Both the position numbers and the translations under genes were made by a program. A stretch of 64,000 nt of DNA, from the NCBI GenBank assembly GCA_951406725.2, contig OX597815.1, positions 106,392,001-106,456,000 of the forward strand, read 5' to 3'. Positions 1-14,019 of this stretch are shown here, one piece after another; within the stretch, counting starts at the first letter, position 1, and each line of letters begins with the position of its first letter. The notes beneath the pieces were generated by a model. The model was not told where the DNA came from. It was given only the letters and a program-made list of their open reading frames with translations, and did not search any database. Source of the stretch: Octopus vulgaris (Eukaryota).

Positions 1-274
1 AAAGAACAGTTGGAAGTTGATCCAGACCTTTTTCGTGATGAAAGTTGGTGTCACAGAATTTGCAGGTGTGGAAGGGGTAAAAAAAATAATGGTGGCATTA
101 AAAGGCATCACTTCACAAGAGTTCCAGTACTGCTTCAAAAGTGGAAAATGCACCTGGACTAATGCATTGCTTCAAATGGAGAATACTTTGAAAGTGATAA
201 AAGTGTAAACATGTAAAACTAAGTGAATGAAATAATATTGCAAAATTCTGGTTTCTTTTGGGTACCCCCTTGTA
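1..274 (+). mobile_element. Degenerate 3' end of a mariner/Tc1 transposon (transposase C-terminus and right TIR)
   Basis: Frameshifted translation gives FQYCF..W....CIASNGEYFESD, a typical mariner C-terminus. It is followed by a TIR-like gtttcttttgggtacccccttg ending in TA. Confidence 0.6.
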
Positions 275-504
275 CATATAATGAATATTGAGATAGAGAA
301 ATAACTCAGAGTGATCAGGGGCATGAATATGGACAACAGAAACAAATAAAATTATTTAAAATGCCATACAAAATAAATTCTTGATTTATTTTGTATGGCA
401 TTTAGAATCAGACATTTTGATTGTCTTGCATCAAGAAGACAGTTCTAGATATGTCTTTTTGACTCAAGAGGTATTGTTCACACAGCAGGTGTCCTGCCAT
501 CACT

Positions 505-870
505 TCCTCATCATCATTTAACATCCATTTTCCATAGTGGCATGGGATGGATGGTTTAACAGAGCTGGCAAGCTGGAGGGCTGCACCAATTCCAGTCATC
601 TATTTTGGCATGGTTTCTATGGCTGGATGCTCTTCTTAATGCCAACCACTTTACAGAGTGTACTGGGTACATTTTATATGACACCAGCACAGGTGCTTTT
701 ACATGGCACCAGCATGGGTGCATTTTTACATGGTTCCAGCACAGGTAGTTTTTACATGGCAACAGCATAGGTACTTCATATGTGACACTGGCTTGGGTGC
801 TTGTTATGTGATGCCAGCCTTGATGCTTCTGATGTGGTGCTGGAACATGCTTTTTACATGGTACCAGCAC
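505..870 (-). mobile_element. Abundant SINE/RTE-tail repeat with (TGA)n tail and internal ~25-bp tandem units
   Basis: The catcatcatttaacatccattttccat...ggctggatgctcttc core recurs at ~11724, 14680, 19213, 23855, 27720, 42710, 43370 and in the palindrome arms. Units like tgcttttacatggcaccagcac are repeated about 5 times. Confidence 0.7.
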
Positions 871-3235
871 ATATATTTGTATGTGAAGAATCAACACAGC
901 CATACATATGTGCAGCAATGTGAAAAATCATCCTAATTATCAATTTTCTGTTGAAGATTTCTGGCACTTCTAAAACATGATGTTTATATAAGTTTGACTG
1001 TGTTGCATGAAGCTTTGTAATAACATAGCAATAAATTATGTATATAAACTGATAACAAGTCTTTGTCATAACTCTGCTAGAATTGGTGACCCCAACACGA
1101 TACAAGCACACAAACCTCACTACACATCTATAGTATTCATCAGCTTAATGTATAAGCAAGATATTTTGTATATTGTACTGGGTATCCAACAGTGGACCCC
1201 TAACTCAGGAGTTCCATAGTTTTGAGGAGTATGGAACCACCTCTTAGCCTCCATTGTTCTGGACTGGAGTAGTTACACTTTTCAGAGTCTTGGCTATGGA
1301 TTAATTAACATGGAATTGCCTCCAGATGAAGGTCACTCACAGACATCCCCATAGACCCAGAGTAGATGAAGCCCTTCAGCTCTTTAACTCCATACAGATC
1401 CTGCATTCAGATAACTACCGGACTCGTGACATCTGTTGCGTCAGACAATTACAAGTTTAAAGGACGGGAGAGTGGGACTGGCTCTGTGCAGACCATGCCC
1501 ATTATAATAATATTCATTGTGCAGATTGTTCAGCGAACCAAGACACCAGCACCAATATAATCATACTTTCTTCGTAAGTCCAGTGGCAGTAGGGAAAAAG
1601 GCGATGGCGACAGGTAGATAATGCAACTGGAAGTCTTCAGCTTTGACACACAGGTGGTCATAGGGCAAAAAGAAGATAATTCAAGTGTCTTGCTAAACCC
1701 TCATTCGTAGAAGCGATGAAAGAGTCCATCAACATATTTGTTTAGTAATGCATTAATATACAGTATAAAGTCATTGTCCTACCCCACGTTTGTATATAAA
1801 TTTATGTGTATTCTCAGATGTTTATGAAAACCTTTATAACATGTTGTTATGTGTATGAATGATTCCTGGCAGTTTATTACTACAGGTGAATAAGCTGACG
1901 CTCGAGATTAACCGTATGTAACTATTCTGACTCCCATACAAATTTTAAAACGAGCCCTTTTCTTTATATATGCACGTGTGCGTGTGTGTGTCGAGAGAGA
2001 GAGAGATAGAAAGAGAAGCTGTACTACACAGAAAATAGGTGAAGGTATCACAGACACTCAGTAATTATTGAAGACTGCAGTTTTACCGACTCTCCGTTAT
2101 TCTCTAAACAATTCACTCACTCACTGACATTTATTTTTCTCCTTATCACCCTTTTCTTCCTTCACGTCTGCCTGTATCTGTCACTCTCTCTCTCTCTACA
2201 GTGTTCAGTTTCTATTACAGTTCTTTCGCCTGCTTTCTCTTTCGTCTATCTATCTCTTTAGCTAAGCTACATCCTCTTTGTCATAGTCTCTATTAGTTCT
2301 CATACTCTCTCCCATTGCTGCTCCTCCAACTGCATTTTTCCCTACCCCTGCTCTCCTCTCTCTCTCTCTCTGTTTATTTAATCTACATCCTTTCCTGTAA
2401 TTGTCTCTCAAACCTTCACACACTCTCTCTAATCTACATCTTCTTTGTCATCACCGCTACTCCTTTATGACTTTCTACTTTTCTACCTTTGTTCTCTCTC
2501 TCTCTCTCGCTTTCACCCTCTAATTATCTAACTAAGCATTCCGTCCCTCACTTGTTTCTCCAACTCTTCCACCCTATTTATTACTCATGTCTCACTAACA
2601 GCTACACCACCATCTCTGCTTCTAATAATTCCAGCGACAAATAGGAAAAAAAAGCAGATAAGAAGAGTGAGACAGGGTTTCTTCGGTTTAAAGAAATTTG
2701 AGGAAATGATGCTGGTTGTTGATGTCTGATGTTGGTCCATATGTTCTTTGGATTGCTTCAACCAAGTGTTTCTTCGAAAATATGTTTATCAGACAATCAG
2801 AATACACGAGACTTCAATACTACTACTAATAATAAGACGGTCGATAGAGTGATTAGTTGAAGACGAACAAGATATAGACTTTTAGTTTCCTTCTTGTTTG
2901 GTCATTTTGTATTGATAAAACCTTAGTAGAGAAAGAGTAAATTGCTGCTAGTAACGATATCTTCTGAATTTCCAGAACCTTTTAGCAGTTTTCGCTATAG
3001 TATCATCAGTTTTACTGTTATTTATGTAGTCAAGGATTTATACATATTTATATTTACAGTAATACATACAGAGAGGATAAGAAACAAGAGAAATTCTCTT
3101 TTAATAATCTAAGAAACTCTGTGTGGAATGTAAGGCTTTCAGTGAGAAAAAAAAAACTATATATATATAGAAATATATATATATAAATAAGGGGGAAAAG
3201 TTAGAAAGCCAAAGGAAAGCTTTGCATTTATAATA

Positions 3236-3453
3236 ATGGTGGAACCAATATTCGAGTACCAGTTTCGTCTAATACTGATTGGAGACAGCACAGTTGGTAA
3301 ATCTTCACTGCTCAAATACTTTACTGATGGTAAATTTGCTGAGGTGTGTGACCCGACCGTTGGGGTGGATTTTTATGCTCGCTTAATCGAAGTTCGACCC
3401 GGCATCCGTGTGAAGTTGCAGTTATGGGATACAGCTGGCCAGGAACGATTCAG
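3236..3453 (+). CDS. RAB39: Ras-related protein Rab39, coding exon 1
   Basis: MVEPIFEYQFRLILIGDSTVGKSSLL...DPTVGVDF...WDTAGQERF contains the P-loop, switch I and G3 motifs. YQFRLILIGDSTVGKS is characteristic of Rab39. Donor AG|GTAAGG at 3453/3454, phase 2. Confidence 0.95.
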
Positions 3454-4559
3454 GTAAGGTGGACTTCGAAAAATGTCCCTTTTCTTTCCAGATTTTTTTT
3501 TTTAACTGTTAGAAAAACTCCTTTCTTTTCCAGGAACTTTTACTGTTATAAAGAAGAACAAGCAAGATATTCCTTCGTTTAATTGAATGGCGTAGTCGTG
3601 TATCTTTTATGCGTATTTATTTGTCTGAAGGAGTATTATGTGTATTATATTACATTCAATTTGTACCACCCAACATATATATACTTGTATATTATGTGCA
3701 CTCAATCTCTATCATAGGCATATTTTTATATACATTATATACACATTCTGTGTAACCTCATACACATATCCATCTACATTAAATACTCCCTAACACTTAC
3801 AAACACATATTTACTCTATATAGAATCAATCCGTATATATATATATACATATGTTAACTGGACATCGATCTGTGTGTATTATAACAATTGTAAATAGACA
3901 AACATGTTATAGACAGAACAAACAAATTGACAAATTTAACATTGATCTCTTCTATTCTTTTGTCACTGTTTATATTTTGACTAGTCTTTTTGGTTCTGAG
4001 TTGAAATCCCGTCCAAGTTGACTTTACCTTTAATTTTTCATAGAACGAATAAGTACCAGTCAATTACTAGGATTGATTTAACACGAAATTCGAAACCCTT
4101 AGTTATTTCTGAAGTGTTTTCAGCTTTAAAAAATAATAAAAATTGTGTATGTATGTATAATTGTCACATTGTAGTGTCTCATTTTTTCTTTTAATATACA
4201 CTCACAACAATATACTTTACTAGTCACTAGTATAATACCACTCACAACAATATCGTGTATTACAACATTCACACATTACAACAATATAATTTACTACACT
4301 ACGCGATTCTATTATTATTATTTTAATACTTGATCTATTCACTAAGTTCTTACTATTATGTGTCTGTGTTGGCGCAGAACATTTATTGTGAGACCTTCAA
4401 AATATCAATTATACGCTTCACTGTCTGCATTGATTTTCATTCATATTTAAACAAGGCTTGAAACTAAATTATTCCCAGTTATTTATATGTGGATCTAAAG
4501 AACCGTTTTTAAGAATGAAGTTTTTAATTATTATTCAGTTAATTTACCATCTTAGCTAA

Positions 4560-4568
4560 CATACACAT

Positions 4569-4615
<47 letters not shown>

Positions 4616-4750
4616 ATACACACATACATATACATATATATACACATACATACACACATACATATACATATATATACACATACATACACACACATACATA
4701 CATATATATATATATATATACACACACATCTCATCAAGTGTGTGTATGTA
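4560..4750. repeat. Compound (TA)n/(CA)n/(TACA)n microsatellite
   Basis: Directly visible; it explains the YIYI/CVCV pseudo-ORFs. Confidence 0.95.
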
Positions 4751-7700
4751 CATGATGTTTAAGTTTCTTCCATATGTTCGTATTGTATTGCTCATAAAGC
4801 CAAAATACACCTAGCACTATTCGATTTGTTTCTGAAAGAGGTGGGGTCCGATTAATGTTTATTCTCTACTTTGTGTCCCTCACACACATCTCGTGTGACA
4901 TTAGCTATTCAACATGGCTGACATCTCTACTTCATCTCACTGCAAGATGCTACATTTATACTTTCACTCTTCTTATCATTGTTGTTGTCACTAACGCCTC
5001 TTTCAATAATAACAAGACAGCAAGCAGTAGGCTTCAAACGAAGCACCTGACAGATGCATACTGTTGTTTGTCTAATGAAAAAGCGGAATTCGTTAAGTGG
5101 CTTCGATGTAGTAATAATTAAGAAATCTCCACTAGCCTTTATTTCGTCTTCTATTTATTTACTCTGTGAAATAAACTCTATGAATCATGCCACCCATACA
5201 TATTCAAACTCTGCAAGCATTGCTGCGTAGACGAAAAATTTATGAATACTGCTATATTCCTACTTCAGTATGCATTTCAGCACCGTTATAGAGGCAAGGT
5301 ACTACTATAATGTCTACAACCTGGTTCTTGCAAGGTTTCTGTTAACAGTGCCTCTTCTGTGATGTCAGTTCAACAATTTAATATATAAATTATTGAAACG
5401 GATTAAAAATATGTTGATGTGATGGACTGCATTTATCTCCTCCCTCTCTTTCTACTCAGATAAAAAAAATATATATTGACTATCACACCTCCTCTGTACC
5501 CATACTAATGAACGAACCAACGAGTGAGCCTCTACATATTTGCGCAACCTCCCAGAAATAGCAACCACATTTCCCTCAATTCGCCCCCTTTTCAGAAATA
5601 GTGTACCCAGATTACGTTGTTCAATGTGTCCTTTTTAAGACAGTCGGGTGACGATTGAGTGACATTTAACTGCTATTTCTAGTAAGAGAGTTCTGATGGA
5701 GCAAACCTGCAATGAAAGGCATTCCAGCTATGACAACCCGTCTTTTATTTATTTATTTTTTTGCTGTTATCAGGGAATATACATTGTTTAAAGTGTCCTT
5801 TTTTAAAAAAAGACAGTAGCCTATGGTTTGAGGAAGATTTGGCTGTTGTTTCTAATTGTTCGAACGACCTCGTAGCTGTTACCTTGTTGGTGTTCTGAAT
5901 GCAATTACAAACATCATGGGGACGGGGGAGAGCTGGTTGCACACACATACACCTGCAGTCATGCTACAACCACGTAACAAATTTATTACCACCATATTTG
6001 TACTCACTAGTTGTTTTATTCATATAAATTTTCTTAGAAACGCGTGTTTTATTTTATTCAATTACCATACGAGATGTTGGTATTTGCGAACAGTTTATCA
6101 ATTCTTCGTCTGATGATATCATAAAATAATCCCTGGTCTATCTGTTCACCATTAAAACCATTCCTCTAGTGTACAAACACTAACATTTAAATAATGGTGA
6201 TGCAACAACCCTATTTTCCTAGAAACCATACGTTTTATATTTTCATTTTCTTATCAATGATAGAGCAATCATCCTGTGTTGCAAAATAAAACATTGGTAC
6301 AAAGGGTGTTTTTAAGTTGAATTATTTCAAATATAAGCCACACAATCATTTTCATCTATTTCGAGTTAGGATTTCATTATTTCCGTTAACATCTGTTCAG
6401 TTCTTTTCTCAAGACAAATGAACCGTTTGCTATATACTCTTATTAAGCATTTTTGTAAATCGCAAAAGTCTATCAGACCACACTAACATGCAATATAAAT
6501 AATTTAAGTAATAAATACGTAGTTTATGTAACCAAAATGTCTGCATGGTTTGGTTATCCTTATTGATTATGGTTTCGTTTTTTTTGTTGAGTCATGCATT
6601 TTTGTCAATCAAACGTGTCTGTGGTAAATTAGAGTATTTGTACTTATGAAAGAGTTTTATCGCGTGATATGTTGCTATAGTTCTATCTAAGTAAGTAGTA
6701 CACAAACTGTAGTACAAACAGCAGTTTGCTGCCAATTCAGAAATGATGAAGAATAAAACATCTATTAGTGCACAGCTACTGCTCCATTTGTCAACCCAGG
6801 AATAGTTTTAGAACACTGCTTAGTTGCAGATGCTATTAAATGTAAATTATGTCAAGTTAGAAAGTAATATTCTAAGTTGCTGTGGAAAAAGGTTTTGTTT
6901 TTTTTTAAATTTGCTTGTCCTCAACTTTCACAGTGGCTACTGGCAGTGCATTCCATATTTTGGAACTGTAATGTTCTTTTAATCTTTTCTTTAGTACTGT
7001 AACTTACTTTCTTTTATCGGTTTCAGCTCAAAGCTGGGGCACTGCCGTTAATGGTAATAAAGATTGAAGACATTTCTGTAAGATTCTTGAAAAAAGTTAG
7101 CAAATAAGGAACCAAAGTATTAATATAGTTTTGTAGATTTTCAAAGTAAGCATGCTTTTCTGTTTGGTAACCAATGAACATCGATTAATGTCCTAGGTTT
7201 AAAAAAGGGAAGCACAGTGATGGTAGTTTTACAGCTTTTGAAATTTCAGCTATTTTCCTGCAATTACTTGAAAAGGAAAGATTCATATTGTTTTTGAAAT
7301 TGACAATAATGCTGGTGCTACTAGGCTTCAGATTGATATGGTAAGTTGGTGTTGTGACATTAATATGGGGACAAATGTCAAGTAAAATTACAATCAGGAA
7401 ATGAAACCAGGTTACTGATGGAGTTCACTACCTATCTTCTCACTGTTTCTATATTACATTATTTTTTTTATAATGAATTAGATGATAATGCACATTATCA
7501 CATGTGCTCTGGATCACTCTTGAGATTACACATACACAAACCTAATTTTAACCCGCTTGTAGGGTGGAGCACAAGTGAGCTGGGAAGAATGGTTGGACAT
7601 TAAATACATCAACTGATGTATAAAAAAACAACAACAGATAACAGCGCTGTTATAGACAAATTGGTAAAGTACTGTGTTGATGGTGAATATAATCCAGATA

Positions 7701-9784
7701 GGAAAGGATAGAAAGAAATGAAGTCATCTTATGATTGTTACTGTCACAGACCAGATAAACATGAATGAGTAATATATCATACTGTATACCTGTCTATAAT
7801 TTGATTGTTGTTGCAGCAGCTTGGTAAGATATGAAGTCCATTAGGTTGTCTTTGTCAAATTTCCCAAAAGCATTTTCAGTGGTGTTCAATGTAGTTCAAG
7901 AATTTTGTCACAAAATGCAAAATAGATGGCATTCTTGAAGATCATCATTCAAAATGCAAAGGATGTTCCTGTGCTTTGCACAGTCTATATGACCTACCTC
8001 CCCTTTGTTAAAATGATTTTTGTCAACTTTGTGGAATCTTTCCTTCCAGTTCTTAACTGTAAAAGCATTCACATTTTCTGTCCATTTTGTATCCAGTTCT
8101 ACACACATAAGATATATCTCTCAAGCTATCTTTTTCATTCTACATGTACATACACGCCAAGTGTGAAACCACCTCTGGTTGCTTTAAACCAAGGCCACTG
8201 GCTGTAACAATAATACTTCAGTTGTCCTCATTGCGCCCCAAATGTGCCTTCCCTTCCACACTGAACTATTCTTTTTTACTTGTTTCAGTTATTTGACTGT
8301 GGTCATGCTGGAACACCACCTTTAATTGAACAAATTGACCCCAGGACTTATTCTTTGTAAGCCTAGTACTTATTCTACAAATTTCAGGCAAGACCTACAG
8401 TGGAGCACTACTCCCTCATTTGAATCAGTACTGATGCTACACACTTGCAGACATCCTAAGAAAACCCACCTGAATGATTTCTGCAAAGTTACTCACTAGT
8501 ATATCTCAACTTCCAGTACACTGATATGATGTCTCCTCTCTCTGCTTTTCCACTACTGTGGCTTTATCTCCTTGGAGTTGGCTGGTCTTTTTTCCATCTC
8601 TACTCTTACACTCTTGCTTCACTTGTCTCTCCTCTCATCAACTATAGAGTTTGTTTTCCTCCAGGCTTCATACTAACCACAAGACCCAATCTTTCCTTGA
8701 TTGTAAACCCTCTGGAACCTTCCCTTGTACATGTTTTTCCTGCAGTTGTCAACATGCAAGTGCTCAAGAAGAATGTTAACTGCAGTGATCTCACTGGTCT
8801 CAGAAAGCTTGTGAAGATCATAGGTATAGCCTCTTTCATCAGAACAATCCAATTAAAAGGGAAACCACATCTAACTCAAAGTAGTTATCAGTATTTTAGG
8901 TGCTCTTTTTTATATAGGCAAGGGTTGGATGGCTTTCTGAAGCAGTGTTTTATGGTTGAATGCTCCTCCTGTTGCCAACACTTAGTTGTCTCTTTTGACA
9001 TACAGTGATGTGACATAGCTATTCTAAAATCTACATACAGTAAAGCTGTAAGTATTTATAAATTGCTAAGCAGTTGAGAATCAGCCTCTTAGATGTGGTT
9101 TGTTGTAAGTCTTAACCTCTGTCAAGCACACAATTAAAAAAGTTTGTAATATCCAAGATTTAATCTTTAGTGGACTGTTATGATATCTGCCTTAGTAATG
9201 ATAAGACATTGAAGTGATTTCACAAGGTATAACTTCTGGTATAGAAATTCTTTTTTACATAGATAAAAATATTAGTTGAAATTTCAAGTTTAAAATACCT
9301 GAAGTCTTAAACTGTTAGTCATTTATTCTTTTTGAGAGGTAGGAATTCTTGAAAGCATAAGTAGTGAATTTTTCAATGAAAATGAGTCAGTCTTTTTGAC
9401 TTCAATTTACCTTTTATTTTTAATGAGTGTCATTCTGTGTTTCCAGTTGGACTGTATAATTTATACTGAAGTTCTTTAGATTCTTCCTTAGTGTAGCTAT
9501 CACATACTTACACAACATAGCAATCAAATATCCCTCAACATGGTTTTCATATCATTTGTGATTATGACATGACTTATGATAACAGTTGCTTTGCAGGTAT
9601 TTTTATGGCCCAATTCTGTTATAAAGTAGTTACTTACAGACTTAATCTTTCAGGTATTTAAACTGTCTAACAATTCTTTCCAAATGGATTTTACCAGTTG
9701 TAAATAATTTAATGAATTAGAATTGGGTGAAATATTGAGGTGTGATTATGACATAGTTTCTGTGTATATATGTGCATGTATGAA

Positions 9785-10095
9785 GGCATATGGCTTACTG
9801 GTTAAGCTATTTGGATCTTGATCATAAGTTTATGAGTTTGATTTCCAGCGGTCCACTGTCCATGAGCAAGACACTTTATTTCATATTGCTCCAGTCTATT
9901 CAGCTGGTAAAAATAAGTTGTATCTAATTCAAAGGGCCAGCCTTATCACATTCTGTGTCACACTGAATCTCCCCGAGAACTACATTAAGGATACACATGT
10001 CTGAGAGTGCTCAGCCACTCACATGTTAATTTCACAAGAGGGCTGTTCCATTGATTGGATCAACTAGAACAGTTGTCATAACCAACGAAGTGCCT
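9785..10095 (+). mobile_element. tRNA-derived SINE (decayed)
   Basis: tRNA-like head ggcatatggcttactggttaag...gtttgatttcc, then a gagcaagacactttatttc core. An inverted relative lies at ~10945-11215. Confidence 0.55.
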
Positions 10096-10157
10096 GTTAT
10101 ATGCGAGAGAGAGAGTAGAGTAGAGTACTGTTTCAGTAGTGTAATGTGGTGTAGTTA

Positions 10158-10360
10158 TACGAGGGAGTGCTGAGAAATTCCTAGCTTTGGGTAAAAAGAA
10201 ATACAAGAGGATCAATTAATTATGATTTTATCCAACATATTCTCCTCTTAGATTCACACACTGCAATAGTCCTTCAGTTTTTCTAAGCCTTGTAAAAGAA
10301 CTCAGAAGGCTGGGCCTCCAACCAGATCTTTCACAATACTCTTTTCAGCACCCCTTCATA
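10158..10360. mobile_element. Mariner-derived MITE
   Basis: TA-cgagggagtgctgagaa ... ttttcagcaccccttca-TA imperfect TIRs with TA flanks. Confidence 0.65.
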
Positions 10361-10944
10361 ATCAAGGTCAGGTCACCCTTGATTGAGCAGGCCTATAATT
10401 AGAGACATTGTAGCTGTGACCACCTGTCCAATTTTTCACTCCTTTACAGTGTCTCTATTATTATATTTTCCAGTGTGTTCTTCCTTTTTTAAGATAGGAG
10501 GGTGTGATTCGTGAAAGATTTGGCTGCTATTTTGAATGACCAGTAAACAACTCACTTGTTCACTTGCAAAGTTATGGAATGTGATGTGGTACAGTAGTAT
10601 AGTGAGTCCTGTGTGGTATGCAGTGTTATGTAATGAAGTAGTGTACTCATTGGTACTTAGATTGGCTGAAATATTTCTCTAGTAAAAGTAAGCATTAGTG
10701 TAGATTTCAAGTTTGCAACATCCCCACTATATTCTGGAGTTTTTTTCCAATATTACAATTAAGTTTATCCATTTGACATAAAAAGTAAGTAGGAGCTTGA
10801 CAAATAATTGTTGTTCTGTAGACCTTATTTGTTCTAATGAAGTCAATTTTTCTCACAGACTGACTGACAGAGAACCAGGATTTCTGATGTGATTGAAGTG
10901 CAGGGGTAGTTAATAGTACTCATAAAATGACACCTGTAAACCAA

Positions 10945-11215
10945 GACTTTAGGCCTGCTAACTGGCACTCTGTCAGTTACAATGATAAGGGTTCCAGATG
11001 CTCATGAATTTAACATGCAAGTGCTGAGACACGTATCCTTACGGTAGTTCTCAAGGAGATTCATTATGATATGGAATGTGACAAAGCTGGTTCTTTGAAT
11101 TACAGGTGCAATTCGTTTTTGCCAGCTGAGTGAACTGGAGCATGCCACTGGGTATCTAACTCACAACCTTACAATTGTGAGCTAAATACCCTAACCACTA
11201 AGCCATGCACCTTCA
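10945..11215 (-). mobile_element. tRNA-derived SINE, same family as 9785-10095
   Basis: Reverse-complement similarity (gaatgtgacaaagctgg, ccagctgagtgaactggagca, accactaagccat). Confidence 0.55.
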
Positions 11216-13309
11216 CATCAGATCTGATAGATTTACAGGAGTATTAATAAAAATGATATCAGTGAACCAGGATTTCAGATGTGATAGATGTAACATTAGG
11301 AAGTACTCATGAAATGAAGTCTTTGAACTGCCTAGACAATCACAAAATGTAGTTGACAGCTTTTGTTCCATAGGTAATCTAATTGATGTTAGTTGTAGAG
11401 ATATATAGTTGCTAAAAGTATAGAGAGGGTGTAAGAAGCTTAGGGAGCTGTTAATTCTGTTTGCAACAAAAGTGTTCTGTCTTTATGTGCAAGTTGGACT
11501 GTATGAAGTATGTGTCAAAAATATGATGCTGCTTTGTGAGACTTGGTTATTGGATGTGGAACATCTATGAAAAGTTATGTGTGTAGTGTTAACCTACAGG
11601 AAAAAAAGGGCACAAGTAAGTTGAGAAACTGGCTGGGCTTTAAATTTATCAGTTGATGTGTGCAAGAAAGGTAACTGCACAAAGAAGTGCCATCTGTTTT
11701 TAGAGGAGGGTATCTGAAGAAGATCATCATCATTGTTTAATGTCCACTCTTCATGGAGGCATAGGTTGGATGGTTGGATATGGAGCTGGTTAGTAGGGAG
11801 CTGTCTGTTGTGGTATGGTTTCTATGGCTGGATGCCCTTCCTAATGCCAACCACTTTTTACGCAACACTGGCACTGGTGCATTTATGCTGCACCGGCAAA
11901 AGTGCTTTTTATGTGGCACCAGCACCTGAAAGGACAAGCGTGTACGTATGGAAGATAGCAATTTTACTTAGATTGATGTGTCTTCTCGAGTACTACAGCA
12001 AATCACCACATTTCCCGGTCCCTTGTCATTTCCTCAGTGAGGCCCAGCATCTGAAGATCCTCTCTACCACTTCATCCCACATCTTCCTGGGTCCATCCCT
12101 TCCACAGGTACCCTCCACAATTAGAGCTTGACACTTCTTTATGCAGCTGTCCTCTTCCATACACAAAGATGACCTAGGAAAATGTGGTTTGTTGAAATCA
12201 AATACAGTACCTAGTTGCTAAATGGTTGAAAGAAAGCTTAACAAATCACATAAGGAACAATATTATTAAAACATTGCAATTGAATTTGGAAAATATTGAA
12301 TACTATTATGTATGTTTGGAAATAATAAAAAAAAAAAAAACTAAGAAAAAAACCGGTGAGAGAGAAAAGAGAAATAGTGTATATGAAGGGCAATTGGAGA
12401 AAGGAAGCGACAACATAGTTAAAGAGAGATAATGACAACAGGCTGATACGTAGAACAGCCACTACAACCTGACCAAATGTAAAGAGCAACTGACATATCA
12501 GATGACTAACAGACTAGAAAAGAAAGAAGTTATTTCAAGATAATGAGGTAACTTTTTACATAGTCAGTCAACCTGCTAGAAATAGCAATGAAAGTTTCCT
12601 CATATCACGCCTCATCTTCAAAAAATGGGTAACACATATTGGATAATGTAGTCTTTGATACACTATAGCTGAAAAAAAAAATGAGATGGTCATGGCTGGA
12701 ATGCCTTTGATTATAGGTTTGTTGAATCAAGGCTGACACCTGTTGAACAACATTATTTTATCAGGTTATATTTTTATGACATGTTAATAATTGTAATGTT
12801 ATTTCCATTTTAATTATATATAAAAAAAAAACTATTTAAGTTATATGTTACATAAGTTAAGGAAAATATTCAATTCATTGTTAACAGAGGTGTGTTGTAA
12901 CCTCATTTATCTAGTATTTATGAAGATGAAAAAAATTTGATCTATAACAATGTTTTGTGTGAGAAGGTTTTGCAATTACAACACAAACTAAATTAAGGAT
13001 CACAATTTTATTGGTTTCCTAGCCTGTATCATTGGTTCTATAATCAAGTAATTCCATAGATGGGTCTATATTAGTTGACTTTCAAATGACGAATTTATTT
13101 GCATGCTTTGTTTCTATGTGACCATAACAGAATGTCTACATGTCTCACAGTTTCCTACAATTGAAAGCTTTACATTTTTCATTCTGCTTTAGCATAAACA
13201 TTTTCTTGTGAGCTATGTTTTTCTGTCCACTTACATTCTCTTCTGTAAAATGTCTGGAAGCTCAGATCGCCTATAGTGTTAAAAAATCCTAGAAAATATT
13301 TTTTTCTTC

Positions 13310-13695
13310 TTTAGACACAAGGCCCAAAATTTTGTGGGGAGGGGACCAGTCGATTAGATTGACCCCAGTATGCAAATGGTACTTAATTTATCAATCCCGA
13401 AAGGATGAAAGGCAAAGTCGGCCTTGGCAGAATTTGAACTCAGAATGTAAAGAGAGACGAAATACCACTAAGCATTTCTGCCAGTTTGCCACCTTTTAAT
13501 CTTTCCTACACTTAGGCACAAGACCTGAATTTTGGGGGGAGGAGGGGCAGTCAATTAGATTAACACCAGTATGCAACTGGTACTTAATTTATTGACCCCA
13601 AAAGGATGAAAGGCAAAGTTGACCTCAGCAGAATTTGAACTCAGGACATGAAGACACACAAAATACCGCTAAGCATTTTGCCTGGCGTACTAACA
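13310..13695 (-). mobile_element. Two tandem copies of a tRNA-derived SINE
   Basis: A ~190-bp unit repeated twice (gattgaccccagtatgcaactggtacttaatttat...aaaggatgaaaggcaaagt...gaatttgaactcag), with a B-box-like GTTCAAAT on the minus strand. A relative lies at ~23455-23645. Confidence 0.7.
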
Positions 13696-14019
13696 AAGAA
13701 AATATTCTATTCTGTTTGTTGACAATTATTACTCAGCTAACTCAAACTGCATGAACTAACATCTCTGATATTGGTAGTGTTTGACATACATTTAGTAAAT
13801 GAAGTTACTCATTCACCCTAAAACAATTTGTGACACTGTATCTCTTATAATACTTCATAATAAATCTCAGTAATACCTGTACATAATCAAAATTTTTCTT
13901 TCAACTCAAAACAATGAAGATACTGATGATAATGGCCATTCATCCATTAAATTGAGCTATATTGTATAAGTTAGTACATGTTTTATGTTTTTTATTAATT
14001 TTTAAATTATACAAAGATT

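Noticed and set aside
4539-4810. YIYI/CVCV-rich ORFs, also at 56996-57445
   Set aside because: Translations of microsatellites.
8526-9008. 160-aa ORF
   Set aside because: No recognisable motif; low-complexity, repeat-derived intronic sequence.
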